A stretch of DNA of 60,503 nt, from the IMG/VR virus record IMGVR_UViG_3300012143_000004, positions 1 through 60,503 of that record; one strand, 5' to 3'. Numbering within the stretch: position 1 is the first letter of the stretch; each line of letters starts with the position of its first letter. A program made the translations under genes and the position numbers. This stretch comes from a virus (Duplodnaviria > Caudoviricetes). The notes below the pieces were generated by a model. The model saw nothing but the letters and a program-made list of their open reading frames with translations. It did no database searches and was not told where the DNA came from. Positions 1 to 9,686 of this stretch are shown one piece after another.

Positions 1-1
1 A

Positions 2-1834
2 CACATACAGCCCAGGGGCACTGATACCCTGGTTAACTGGGCTGATACCCTGGCCAATTTTGTGGAGGAAGAGATAACCACAGAACTGCATTTTAGAATA
101 AAGGGCACCCTTACAAAATTGAATGTGGTAAAAATTAGCGGTTTTGCATTTACCCTGGTAAGGTTGAATAAAACAGCCGCCCCGGATTACATTTATATTA
201 ACCACCTTTTTTTAGCCTGGGGCACCAGTGCCACCAGTATGCCCGGCACCAGTTTTGATTTTGATATAACGTTTGATGATGCAGCGTTTGTTTTAAACCC
301 TGATGATGAAATTTATGGGTTTTTTACAATACTGCACACAAAGAACGGGGCCCAGGCCAGCGACCCCGACCTAAAAGCCTTTCGCATACAGTATGACCAG
401 GAAAGTTTTTTTGATTTATCATGGTTGAGCCATAGCGCCCCAACACCGGCCAAAGTGTTTATGGTTAATGAAGCATTAAGCCGGATAACCGAAGCCATTA
501 CCGATGATAAAATAAAGGCCTACAGTGAATATTTTGGCAGGACTGATAGCCAGCCCTATAACCACGCCGGGGATGGATGCGGGGCCCTGGAAGTGATTAC
601 AAAGGGCCTTTTTATAAGACAGCAGGAAAACCGATTACCCCCAGCCCAAGCCGTACAAATGGCCATTAGCATGAAAGATATGTGGGAGGGTTTAGAACCC
701 CTGCACCATATTGGTTTTGGTTTTGAAGATGATACAAACAGGGCCCCAGGTTTTAAACGGTTACGGGTAGAGCACTGGAAATTTTTTTACCAGGATGAAA
801 TTTTAATGGAATGTAACCAGGTTAACCAGGTGGAACGGCAAACCATTGCAAACGAACATTATTCAAAGGCCAAAATAGGGTATGAAAAATGGGAGGCCGA
901 AGAGTTTAACGGCCTGGATGAATTATTAACCAATAGAGAATACAGAACCGATTTAGCCCAGGTTAAAAATGAACTATCCAAACTTTCAAAATTTATTGCC
1001 AGCGGTTATGCCTGGGAGGTTACCAGGCGAAAAAATACTGATTCCAAAGATTGGAGGTTAGATAATGATATTTTTTTAGTTTGCGTTACCCGGTTAATAA
1101 AAGAAATTTATACAGAAACATTAGAGGGCAATTTTGGAATTTCCGGGTTTGTTACCGAAACGGAACCAGTAAATATTACAGCCGGGGATTTAGTAGAAAT
1201 AACAGGTACCACCAGCAATAATGGCATTTACACCATTATAGAAGTGGGGGAAATTAGTGCGCCCATTGTTGGTTCAATTTGGGTGATAGCATTAAGCCCA
1301 GGCACCACCCCCGAAGCAGCCACCGCAACTTTTACACTAACAAACCCAGGGTTTATAGTTGAATTGGGGAACGTTTTAACCCCTGAAAACATTATAGACC
1401 CCGCCACCCTTTACAATTACAGATTAAGCCCGGCCAGGGTGGCCCTAAGATGGCTGGATAAAATTTTTGCCAGCTACAGGGTTTACAGCACCAGCCTGAA
1501 ATTGATTTTTGTGGATGGTACCGGCAATTATATTGCCAGGGGTGAAATGGAAAGTGATGTGTGCAAATGGGAGGTGGGTTTGATGGGTGAAAATGACTAT
1601 TTATATGGGGCCATAGTAGTTAACCAGGATAATGTTGCACCCATATTAAGGCCCGAAAGGGTAGATTTTGAATACCCCATGAGTATGGCAGATTTTAAAA
1701 AAATACTGGCTGCACCCTATGGTATAATTACCTGGTTTAACAGTTGCGAAAGTGGCCAGGGCTGGATTGATAAAGTAAGCTATAAGCCGGAAACAGGCCT
1801 GGCAAAATTTACATTAATTCCGAAGTATGAATAA
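2..1834 (+). CDS. Tail/baseplate structural protein, 5'-truncated (probably the continuation of the ORF starting at 59807)
   Basis: The frame is open from position 2 (HIQPRGTDTLVNW...), so the GTG at 62 is probably not the start. It follows the tape measure in circular order. Confidence 0.7.
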   Translation, partial: HIQPRGTDTLVNWADTLANFVEEEITTELHFRIKGTLTKLNVVKISGFAFTLVRLNKTAAPDYIYINHLFLAWGTSATSMPGTSFDFDITFDDAAFVLNPDDEIYGFFTILHTKNGAQASDPDLKAFRIQYDQESFFDLSWLSHSAPTPAKVFMVNEALSRITEAITDDKIKAYSEYFGRTDSQPYNHAGDGCGALEVITKGLFIRQQENRLPPAQAVQMAISMKDMWEGLEPLHHIGFGFEDDTNRAPGFKRLRVEHWKFFYQDEILMECNQVNQVERQTIANEHYSKAKIGYEKWEAEEFNGLDELLTNREYRTDLAQVKNELSKLSKFIASGYAWEVTRRKNTDSKDWRLDNDIFLVCVTRLIKEIYTETLEGNFGISGFVTETEPVNITAGDLVEITGTTSNNGIYTIIEVGEISAPIVGSIWVIALSPGTTPEAATATFTLTNPGFIVELGNVLTPENIIDPATLYNYRLSPARVALRWLDKIFASYRVYSTSLKLIFVDGTGNYIARGEMESDVCKWEVGLMGENDYLYGAIVVNQDNVAPILRPERVDFEYPMSMADFKKILAAPYGIITWFNSCESGQGWIDKVSYKPETGLAKFTLIPKYE

Positions 1835-2429
1835 AAAAATGTACCACCGGATTAACATAGAGCCCACGATAATTTTTAAATGTGGGGAATATGTAAGGGC
1901 CCACCCTATGGGGCAAAGGAGCCATTTTAATGGAACGTTTGAACAGCAAAGGGCTGGGTTAATTTGCCAGGTTGAAAACTACAGGTATTATAAAGGCAAT
2001 TACCCGATTTTATACCCTGGTAATGATGGGGGTATTGATTTTCCTTTAAATGGTTATGTGATAGACACAAAAGGAATGTTAAGCAAAGGATTTTACCAGC
2101 CTGGTTATAGGTGCAATATGTTAGCATGTCAAAAAGATTATAAAGCCGACACAATATTTTTTTGTGGGTACAACACAGATAAAAACATAGTTGAATTATT
2201 AGGCTGGGTACCTAAAAAAAAACTTTGCACCCCTGAAAATTTTAGGAAAAAAAACACAAAGTTGCCCATGATAAATGGCGATTTATTCACAGTGAAAGCA
2301 GATAGTTATTTTATAGAAACCAGGGAACTAAACACCCCTGAAAGTTTAATTGAACCAGTAAAAATAATAGAACCAGTGAAAATTATAAATAATGATTACC
2401 GCAACTACAGCCAGGGCAAACTTTTTTAA
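1827..2429 (+). CDS. Putative PD-(D/E)XK-type endonuclease
   Basis: Motif GNDGGIDF...VIDTKG resembles a PD-(D/E)XK core. Basic protein overlapping both neighbouring tail genes. Confidence 0.45.
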   Translation: MNKKMYHRINIEPTIIFKCGEYVRAHPMGQRSHFNGTFEQQRAGLICQVENYRYYKGNYPILYPGNDGGIDFPLNGYVIDTKGMLSKGFYQPGYRCNMLACQKDYKADTIFFCGYNTDKNIVELLGWVPKKKLCTPENFRKKNTKLPMINGDLFTVKADSYFIETRELNTPESLIEPVKIIEPVKIINNDYRNYSQGKLF

Positions 2430-4140
2430 TTTTTCATCTACAGAGCCCCCAAATAATACACCGTTACCAGTGGCCACCCCCACTGATATTGCATTTCAGA
2501 TTTTATTAACAGCGGAAAGCGAAGCGGAGGCCGACAGCATAGGCACCGGGGCCATTATACTTTATGTAATGAGCCAGGATGGCACCACCCAGCTGCATGA
2601 TTACCATTTGGATGGTTATTTATTCCAACAATACAGAACTGGCCCCCATACTGTTTTAATTTTTTGGCCACATGGTTTACCAAATATTGCCAGTTATGTG
2701 GACGCAAACACCTGTTTTAGATTGGCCATTGAAATTGTGCCCGATGTTGTTACACATTACATGGCAGCCGGCCCGGTTTTAAAACTGATTACTGAGCCAA
2801 AATATACCAGCGTTTTAGAGTATTCATGTGAGGAAAACAGTTATGGGTTTACCTATTGTTACGCATACACCCCCAACAGGGTAAGGTTACCCCTGTATTT
2901 GTACCGGCCCCAGTTTAATGATGAAGAAAGTATTTACACCAGGCATGATGGGAGTTTATTTATTACAAAATCAGTAACAAAAAAGGAATACCTGGGAACA
3001 GTTGATTATATTAATGAAGCATACCACGAAAAAATTAAAATAGCCCTTTCGCATGACACCGTTTTAATTTATAGTGATGTTTATAACGGGGGCCTGAGAA
3101 AAAACGGAGGGTATGAGATAGAATGGCAGGAATTACCAGGTTACAGTACGGAAGCCCCGGCAAAATTTAAAGGGTTTGCCACACCTTACCTGGTACGAAA
3201 TGACAATTGTGCAGTATGCAATAATTTTTGTTATCCACCAGTAGGGGTTACCAGTACCCCGGTTTTACCTGATGCAGTTATAGGGGTGGCCTATTCATTT
3301 TCATTTACCGTTAATGGTATGGCCCCATTTGTTTTAAATGTGGGGGCCCGGCCCAGCTGGATGGAAATAACAATGGTGGGGGATGAAATATTTTTTGCCG
3401 GCACCCCTGATGAGGAAATAGCTGAGGCCCCGGTTAGTTTAACCGTTTTTAATTGTGAACTGGTAAATTTTTATGATTTTTCAGATTCCATTGACGTTTT
3501 AGCAGAGGGCACATGCATAGGGGTGGCAGTTATAACCCCGCCCCCTATGCCTAACGCAGTAGTGGGTACCGGTTACTTTTTTATGTTTCCGTTTACTGGC
3601 ACCCCGCCAATGGCCCTGGGCAGCATAGTAAAACCAGCCTGGATGAACATAAACATTTCAGGTAGTACGGTTGAATTTACCGGAATACCTGATGTAGCCG
3701 GCACCGGGTTAAATGTGCAGGTACAGGTAACAAATTGTGATGATGATTTTTATGATTTTGCTGATACAATGGATGTGGCAGAGGCACCACCACCACCGGA
3801 GGATATTATTTTAACCATTACAGCCCTGTATTTTGATACCAGTTTTAGTGCCAGTTTAAATTTTGCAATTAGCGAAACGCTAACCATTGCCAATACTTTT
3901 TCAGATAGCTTTAATACATGCGGGGCCAGTGCAGTGGGTAGTATGCAACATGTACCAGGCGCGATTTTAACTGCAGGTATGACCGGCATAACATACGACA
4001 GCCTGAGCAATACCGGAACCCAAACCCCACACAATACAGTTTTAAACCCGGTAAACGTCAATGGTACCCCGTACAGTCATAATGATGTAATGACCATTGG
4101 GGCCTATTCAATCATTTTACATTTACAACAATGTTCGTAA
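2392..4140 (+). CDS. Minor tail protein with two putative Ig-like repeats
   Basis: Repeats LPDAVIGVAYSFSF..RPSWMEI..GTP and MPNAVVGTGYFFMF..KPAWMNI..GIP. Acidic, Cys-rich, located in the tail module. Confidence 0.65.
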   Translation: MITATTARANFFNFSSTEPPNNTPLPVATPTDIAFQILLTAESEAEADSIGTGAIILYVMSQDGTTQLHDYHLDGYLFQQYRTGPHTVLIFWPHGLPNIASYVDANTCFRLAIEIVPDVVTHYMAAGPVLKLITEPKYTSVLEYSCEENSYGFTYCYAYTPNRVRLPLYLYRPQFNDEESIYTRHDGSLFITKSVTKKEYLGTVDYINEAYHEKIKIALSHDTVLIYSDVYNGGLRKNGGYEIEWQELPGYSTEAPAKFKGFATPYLVRNDNCAVCNNFCYPPVGVTSTPVLPDAVIGVAYSFSFTVNGMAPFVLNVGARPSWMEITMVGDEIFFAGTPDEEIAEAPVSLTVFNCELVNFYDFSDSIDVLAEGTCIGVAVITPPPMPNAVVGTGYFFMFPFTGTPPMALGSIVKPAWMNINISGSTVEFTGIPDVAGTGLNVQVQVTNCDDDFYDFADTMDVAEAPPPPEDIILTITALYFDTSFSASLNFAISETLTIANTFSDSFNTCGASAVGSMQHVPGAILTAGMTGITYDSLSNTGTQTPHNTVLNPVNVNGTPYSHNDVMTIGAYSIILHLQQCS

Positions 4141-4877
4141 ACATGAAAGGTATTAAAAATAAATTTTGCACCTACATGCATATAAACCCAGTTAAAAATG
4201 AAGTTTTTTATATTGGTATTGGAACAATAAACAGGCCATACCAAATAATAAGACGTTCACTTTTTTGGAATAACACAGCTAAAAAATATGGTTTTAAAGT
4301 GCAGATTTTACATGAAGGGCAAACATGGGAACAGGCCAGCGAAAAAGAAAGGGAATATATTAAAAAGTATGGCAGGCAGGATAAAGGAACCGGCACCCTG
4401 GTTAACATGACTGATGGCGGGGATGGTACCAGGGGTTATGCAGGATTTTGGAAGGGGAAAAAGCGGGGGGCACCAACAGAGGAAACCAGGCAAAAAAATA
4501 TTTTAAATAGTTCAAAACATTTTACTGGTAAAACCCACACAGAGGAAACAAAACAAAAAATTAGGGAAAAAAGAAAATTGCAGATACACCCAATGTTAGG
4601 AAAAAAATTTACAGAGGAAAGAAAAAAACAAATGAGTGAAACGGCTAAAAAAATATGGCAGGATAAAATACACCCCAGGCCCATGCTGGGTAAAAAATTT
4701 ACAGAGGAACAAAAACAAAAACATTCAAATGCATTAAAAAAATGGCATAGTGAAAACCCAATGAGTGAAGAAACAAAACAAAAAATCGGTTTAGGAAATA
4801 AAGGCAAAATTATAACAGCCGAAATGAGGGAAAAAATAAGTAAAACTTTAACTGGTAAAAAATATAAAAATGGATAA
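4131..4877 (+). CDS. GIY-YIG homing endonuclease with NUMOD3 repeats
   Basis: YMH..EVFYIGIG..R N-terminus, LVNMTDGGDG, and repeated GK(T/K)(H/F)TEE(T/R)K.K motifs. Confidence 0.88.
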   Translation: MFVNMKGIKNKFCTYMHINPVKNEVFYIGIGTINRPYQIIRRSLFWNNTAKKYGFKVQILHEGQTWEQASEKEREYIKKYGRQDKGTGTLVNMTDGGDGTRGYAGFWKGKKRGAPTEETRQKNILNSSKHFTGKTHTEETKQKIREKRKLQIHPMLGKKFTEERKKQMSETAKKIWQDKIHPRPMLGKKFTEEQKQKHSNALKKWHSENPMSEETKQKIGLGNKGKIITAEMREKISKTLTGKKYKNG

Positions 4878-5718
4878 TAATAAACGCGGGGTTTTGTGTA
4901 TTGCAGCCGGCCACCCGTACTATGGTAAGATGGCAGCGGCCCTGGCAGCCACCATAAGGGCAGCGGATAAAGATTTAAATATTCACCTGGCCTGGGCAGA
5001 TATGGCACTGGCCCACATGGAGCCGGCAGAAAAAAAGCTATTCACCAGCATGGCAGAAATGCCCCCGGAATGTTACCAAAATAAGGAGGGGGAAAACGAA
5101 TGGATAAAAGCAAAAATGCACATTTACCAGTTAAGCCCTTACCAGGAAACCCTTTTTTTGGATTGTGATGTATTATGGCTGAGGGGCAGCCCGGCCCAGT
5201 ATATGGAAGAGGTAAAAGCCCATGATATAACTTTTCCTAATCATGGCACTGAGGAAACCATGTGGGCTAAACGGGATGAAATAATAAAAAATTATGGCCC
5301 TGGTAAGTATTACAGCATTCACAGCGAATTGATATATTTTAAGAAAGGGGAAAAGGCGAAATTATGGTTTACCACCGCCCTGGATATTTACGAAAATTTG
5401 AAAGTAAAACACACAGTATTCGCCGGGGCCATACCTGATGAATTACCTTTTAGTATTGCCGGGGCATTAACCCAAACTTACCCCCACCAGGAAAAGTACA
5501 GGCCCATATTTTGGGGCAAAGTTGATAAGGGTTTTAAACAGATTTATGAGATAGCCCAAAAATATTGGGCAGTAAGTATGGGAGGAAATAACAGCAGCAA
5601 TTTTGAAATTTTGATTTATAATATTTTGAGTAAAGCAGCATACTATAAATTAAACATTGACAAACCCTATTTATGGAAACAAAAAAGAACTTTTTTACCT
5701 GAGCGCAAAAAAATATAA
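4870..5718 (+). CDS. GT-A fold glycosyltransferase (GT8 / nucleotide-diphospho-sugar transferase-like)
   Basis: KMHIYQLSPYQETLFLDCDVLW carries a DxD motif; a later DE motif (PDELPFS) is also present. Confidence 0.75.
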   Translation: MDNNKRGVLCIAAGHPYYGKMAAALAATIRAADKDLNIHLAWADMALAHMEPAEKKLFTSMAEMPPECYQNKEGENEWIKAKMHIYQLSPYQETLFLDCDVLWLRGSPAQYMEEVKAHDITFPNHGTEETMWAKRDEIIKNYGPGKYYSIHSELIYFKKGEKAKLWFTTALDIYENLKVKHTVFAGAIPDELPFSIAGALTQTYPHQEKYRPIFWGKVDKGFKQIYEIAQKYWAVSMGGNNSSNFEILIYNILSKAAYYKLNIDKPYLWKQKRTFLPERKKI

Positions 5719-5721
5719 ATA

Positions 5722-7686
5722 ATGGCAACAGTATTTACCCCGGCAGAATTGAGGGCCCGTTTTATTGGACAAAAGAGGGGGTTAATTTATGACGAGGCCC
5801 TGGATATTTATAACAAATTACGCATACATGCTGATGGCGAAACACCGATTTTATTAATAAAAAAGGCCAGGCCAAATGAAAGCGAAGAGGTTAGAATATA
5901 CCGGAATGATATTTATGAGAGCGAAACACAAAACCCAGTTGAAAGGGTTTTGGGGGTATTGGAAAAGATACGCCGTTCACCTGATTGGATGATGAGGTTT
6001 GATGAAGAGATACCAGCCATTATTAATAAGGAGGAAACCCCCAAAAAATATTTGACTGAAAATTACCCGGTTTATGGGGATATTGAATATTGGATTTTTG
6101 AAGAGTTACTGAGGGCATTAAGCCTGGATGGTAACGCCATTATTTGTGTAATGCCTAAAACCTTTGCCCAGCCGGAGGGTAACGAATATTTAGAGCCCAT
6201 AGCAAAAATTTTTAACTGCAAAAATGTGGTGGATTTTGTACCCGATGATTATTGTATTTTAAAAAGTGATGAACTAAGCAGCCTATTAAACCCTGATGAA
6301 CAGCAGTTACGGTTAACCAATGGTAAAGCCACTATTTTTTTAACTGAGGGCAGGGAAATTTTTGTACCTGGCCAGGTTTATTATTTAATAACTAATAGCA
6401 GCTACCAAAAATGGGAGGAAACCCAGGATGGGAAATATAATTTAACCATGAATTTTCCCCACACATTAAAAGATTTACCAGCGTTTCAAATGCCTGGCAG
6501 GTTTGTTAAAAGGGTGGGGGATTATACACTGAAAAAAACCCCGTTGTTTCCAATGGTGCCACACCTTAACAAAGCAGCCCGAGAGTCAAACGATTTAGAT
6601 GCAGGGGTAATTATGCATTTGTATTTGGAAAAATGGCGAATAAATAACGTACCCTGCAGTACATGCAGCGGCACTGGTAAAACCCTGAATGATGGCATAG
6701 CAAACGAATGTAAAAGCTGCAAAGGCACTGGTTACGCCAATGGTAAAAGCCCGTTTAATGAAGTGGTGATAAGGCCAGCGGCCCTGGGTGAGCAGGCAAT
6801 ACCTACACCCCCCCTGGGTTATGTTGATAAGAACCCGGAAATATTAAAAATTCAGAATGAACGCATAGAGCAACACATTTACAGGGCCCTATGTAGTGTA
6901 AACATGGAGCATTTAAGTGATGCCCAACTAAACCAAAGTGGAACCGCAAAAGCGTATGATAGGGATGAAGTAAATAACACCATTTACACCTTTGCCACCA
7001 TGTTAACAGCCGTAACAAATGCAGTGGTAAAGCATATTATTGATTTGCGTTATGGGGGCATTATTGCCAGCCCGGAAGAAAGGGCCAAATTGTACCCAGT
7101 GGTACCAGTACCGGAAAAATATGATGTTATAAATTCCAGTTTTTTGATTAATGAATACCAGGTGGCAAAAACAGCCGGGTTAAACGGTATTATACTGGCT
7201 GAAATGCAAAAAGAAATTGGGCAAAAAAAGTTTTATGCAAACCCAAAAGTTTCTGAGTTTATACAATCGGTTATGGATTTAGACCCATTCCCCGATAAAA
7301 CCACAGAGGAAAAGGGAGCCATTGAAGCCCAAAAGCTGGCCACAAAAGAGGATGTTGTTTTATCGTTATACATAAGCGATTTTGTAAGGAGGGCCCAGGA
7401 AGAGGATGAAAATTTTAGCAGTAAAAGCGATATCGAAAAGCGGGAAAAGTTACTGGAATATGCAGCCGAAAAGGTGGAGGAACTGAGCGCAGCCGCCCAA
7501 ATACAGCAGGATTTGTTTTTTGAGGCCCAGGGAGCCCAACCAGGCCAGGAACAGCCACCAGGCAGCCAAACACCTGGGGAGCCGGCACCAGGGCAGGAAG
7601 GGGCCCCGGAAGCCAAAAACAAACCCACCAACGGCCAGCAGAAACCAAACACCCCAGCGAAAACACCAGCAAAGGCAGCAGCGTAA
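5722..7686 (+). CDS. Portal protein with CxxCxGxG zinc-finger insertion
   Basis: 654 aa, directly upstream of MuF. Contains QSGTAKAYDR motif and CSTCSGTG / CKSCKGTG; low-complexity C-terminal tail. Confidence 0.75.
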   Translation: MATVFTPAELRARFIGQKRGLIYDEALDIYNKLRIHADGETPILLIKKARPNESEEVRIYRNDIYESETQNPVERVLGVLEKIRRSPDWMMRFDEEIPAIINKEETPKKYLTENYPVYGDIEYWIFEELLRALSLDGNAIICVMPKTFAQPEGNEYLEPIAKIFNCKNVVDFVPDDYCILKSDELSSLLNPDEQQLRLTNGKATIFLTEGREIFVPGQVYYLITNSSYQKWEETQDGKYNLTMNFPHTLKDLPAFQMPGRFVKRVGDYTLKKTPLFPMVPHLNKAARESNDLDAGVIMHLYLEKWRINNVPCSTCSGTGKTLNDGIANECKSCKGTGYANGKSPFNEVVIRPAALGEQAIPTPPLGYVDKNPEILKIQNERIEQHIYRALCSVNMEHLSDAQLNQSGTAKAYDRDEVNNTIYTFATMLTAVTNAVVKHIIDLRYGGIIASPEERAKLYPVVPVPEKYDVINSSFLINEYQVAKTAGLNGIILAEMQKEIGQKKFYANPKVSEFIQSVMDLDPFPDKTTEEKGAIEAQKLATKEDVVLSLYISDFVRRAQEEDENFSSKSDIEKREKLLEYAAEKVEELSAAAQIQQDLFFEAQGAQPGQEQPPGSQTPGEPAPGQEGAPEAKNKPTNGQQKPNTPAKTPAKAAA

Positions 7687-7689
7687 AAA

Positions 7690-9387
7690 ATGAGCGACAT
7701 TAAAACGATAATGCAAACTATTGAACATGCAGTTAATAACCTGGATAATGCAGCCCTGAAAAAACAGGGGGTAATTTATAAGGAAGTAATGGCGAAGCTG
7801 AAAAAGTTAGAAACCAAAGGGGATAAGATTGCAAATAACATTACTAACCTGAGCCTGATAAATGAGATTACAATTTTGATCGAAAAATTGATGCTGGATA
7901 AAGGGTATAAAGACGAAATAAAAAAATTTACCCAGGCGTATAATGGGGTACAGGAACTAAGCAATAAATATTTTGCCAGTTTTGGAAAGGCCAGTGGTGA
8001 TGTAAAAAAGAAACTGGAAATTTTAAAAAATACCGCAGTTGAAAGCACCATAAACAATTTAGCGGAAACCGGGCTGCAAATAGGGGTTACCAACGGGTTA
8101 AGGAACATTTTAAAAACCAATATTACCGGGGGAGGTAGTTATGTCGATTTAACTAAGGAGCTGAAAGATTACATAACAGGCACCCCCGAACAAACCGGCA
8201 AAGTTTCGCAGTATGTAAGAACCTATGCAACTACCAGCATAAACCAGTTTAGTGCAGAATATAACAAAGCACTGGCCCAGGATTTAGGTTTGGAATGGTA
8301 CCAGTACGAGGGCAGTTTATTGGAAACCAGCCGGCCATTTTGTAAAATGGCAGTAGATAAACATTACATACACGTTAGCGAATTTCCAACCATTTTAAAG
8401 GGGGATTTTGGGCCCCTGGGAACTGTTAAGTTATACGACAAAACCGGATTACCGGAAGGGTTGATGGAGGGCACCGACCCGGATAACTTCCCGCGCAGGC
8501 GGGGAGGGTGGAATTGTGGCCACCAGCTGATAGCGGTTGATAGCCTACTGGTACCCACTGCAAAAAAATTGGCAGTATGGAATACCCCGGCATATAAGGA
8601 ATGGGAAAAAGAACAATTTAAAAAGGCCCAGCCGGCACCCCCAGCCCCACCACCGGTACCAGCCAAACCAGCTACAGTGGCAGAACTGGCAGTTAAGGCA
8701 ATACCACCGGTTAAAATGCCAGCCGGGGTGGTACGAACAGCTGCAGAGGAAAAACACCTGGAAACCATACAAACCAACAATAAAGAACATTTGGAAGCAA
8801 TGGAAAAAAAGGATATGGTTTTTTATCCCGAAATGGCAAAGTATTGGCCTGAAAATATTAAGATTGAATTTAACGAGGTAAAAGGTTCATTTTTCCAAAG
8901 CGGCCAGGGGTACATTGCGGATAAAATTGTTATCAGTGATAATGAAAGGGCAGAAAGGCCATATTTTAAAAAGAAAATTATGTTACATGAGGGAGCCCAC
9001 GCCATACACTACAACCAAAAAGTAATTACGCATACAGCAGTTGACCCGGTTTATGAAAAGTTTTTTAAGGGGTTAAAGAAGATCATTAAGGGCAAAGAGC
9101 TGGAAATTGAAAATGTTTTGCGGAAATGGCGCAACGATAATTTTGATGATAAAGACAAATTAGAGGAAGTAACCGTTATGACCGACACCCTGGGGGGATT
9201 AACAAAGGGGAAATACGGCTGGGGGCATGATGTAGCGTATTATAAGCGGCAAAATCATGGCCACATGGAAGTATTCGCCCACGCGGTTACTATTGCAAAG
9301 CTGGGTAACCAGCTGGGAAGCGAACATGAGGCCCTGAAAGCGTTAATAGACGAAATGAAAGTTTATGGTTTACAGTGGTTGAAATGA
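7690..9387 (+). CDS. MuF / SPP1 gp7-like minor head protein with C-terminal HExxH metallopeptidase-like domain
   Basis: MuF-like core (YEGSL..SRPFC ... GGWNCGH), Pro/Ala linker, then LHEGAHAIH and HMEVFAH. Confidence 0.75.
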   Translation: MSDIKTIMQTIEHAVNNLDNAALKKQGVIYKEVMAKLKKLETKGDKIANNITNLSLINEITILIEKLMLDKGYKDEIKKFTQAYNGVQELSNKYFASFGKASGDVKKKLEILKNTAVESTINNLAETGLQIGVTNGLRNILKTNITGGGSYVDLTKELKDYITGTPEQTGKVSQYVRTYATTSINQFSAEYNKALAQDLGLEWYQYEGSLLETSRPFCKMAVDKHYIHVSEFPTILKGDFGPLGTVKLYDKTGLPEGLMEGTDPDNFPRRRGGWNCGHQLIAVDSLLVPTAKKLAVWNTPAYKEWEKEQFKKAQPAPPAPPPVPAKPATVAELAVKAIPPVKMPAGVVRTAAEEKHLETIQTNNKEHLEAMEKKDMVFYPEMAKYWPENIKIEFNEVKGSFFQSGQGYIADKIVISDNERAERPYFKKKIMLHEGAHAIHYNQKVITHTAVDPVYEKFFKGLKKIIKGKELEIENVLRKWRNDNFDDKDKLEEVTVMTDTLGGLTKGKYGWGHDVAYYKRQNHGHMEVFAHAVTIAKLGNQLGSEHEALKALIDEMKVYGLQWLK

Positions 9388-9588
9388 GTAAGACATTGCC
9401 CCCAAACCCTGTTTTGGTTCATCCTTATAAACGATTTTTTTATTTTCCTTTAAAGCCTGGGGTACCAGTGTTTCCATAATAAAGGGGATGCCGAAAAATT
9501 CAGCCCCGGCAAACAATTCCTTATCCGTTTGCCCGGTTAAAGCCAAATATTTATCCAAATTTGCTTTGATTGTTTGCTTTGATGCCAT
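9370..9588 (-). CDS. Small protein convergent with MuF (candidate immunity protein)
   Basis: 72-aa ORF with ATG start. The + strand is locally TC-rich, as expected if the minus strand is coding in this TC-poor genome. Confidence 0.7.
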   Translation of the reverse strand: MASKQTIKANLDKYLALTGQTDKELFAGAEFFGIPFIMETLVPQALKENKKIVYKDEPKQGLGAMSYSFQPL

Positions 9589-9632
9589 AGCAGAAAAGTA
9601 AAAAAGTTTTTTTACTTTTTTTTATTTATTTA

Positions 9633-9665
9633 TTTGGTGTATGGTTTATTTTACACCTATCTTTG
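9633..9665 (+). promoter_or_regulatory. Bacteroidota-type promoter with GTGKA-N10-TACAC operator (copy 1)
   Basis: TTTG GTGTA tggtttattt TACAC c TATCTTTG. Confidence 0.85.
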
Positions 9666-9686
9666 ATTTATAAAACACCCCCAGTT

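Noticed and set aside
21-53. CTGATACCCTGG direct repeat near the left end as a terminal repeat or att site
   Set aside because: It is 12 bp, in frame within coding sequence (DTL twice), and is not found at the right end.
4436-5008. Long minus-strand ORFs (also 13912-14457, 31221-31742, 50410-50997, 59047-59634)
   Set aside because: They are shadows of well-supported + strand genes with implausible F/S/L-rich composition.
9663-9686. ORF-track starts inside promoters (9663, 9913, 11776, 12225, 12554, 44391, 44753, 48364, 51349)
   Set aside because: These starts overlap the promoter boxes. Downstream ATGs with A-rich leaders were used instead.
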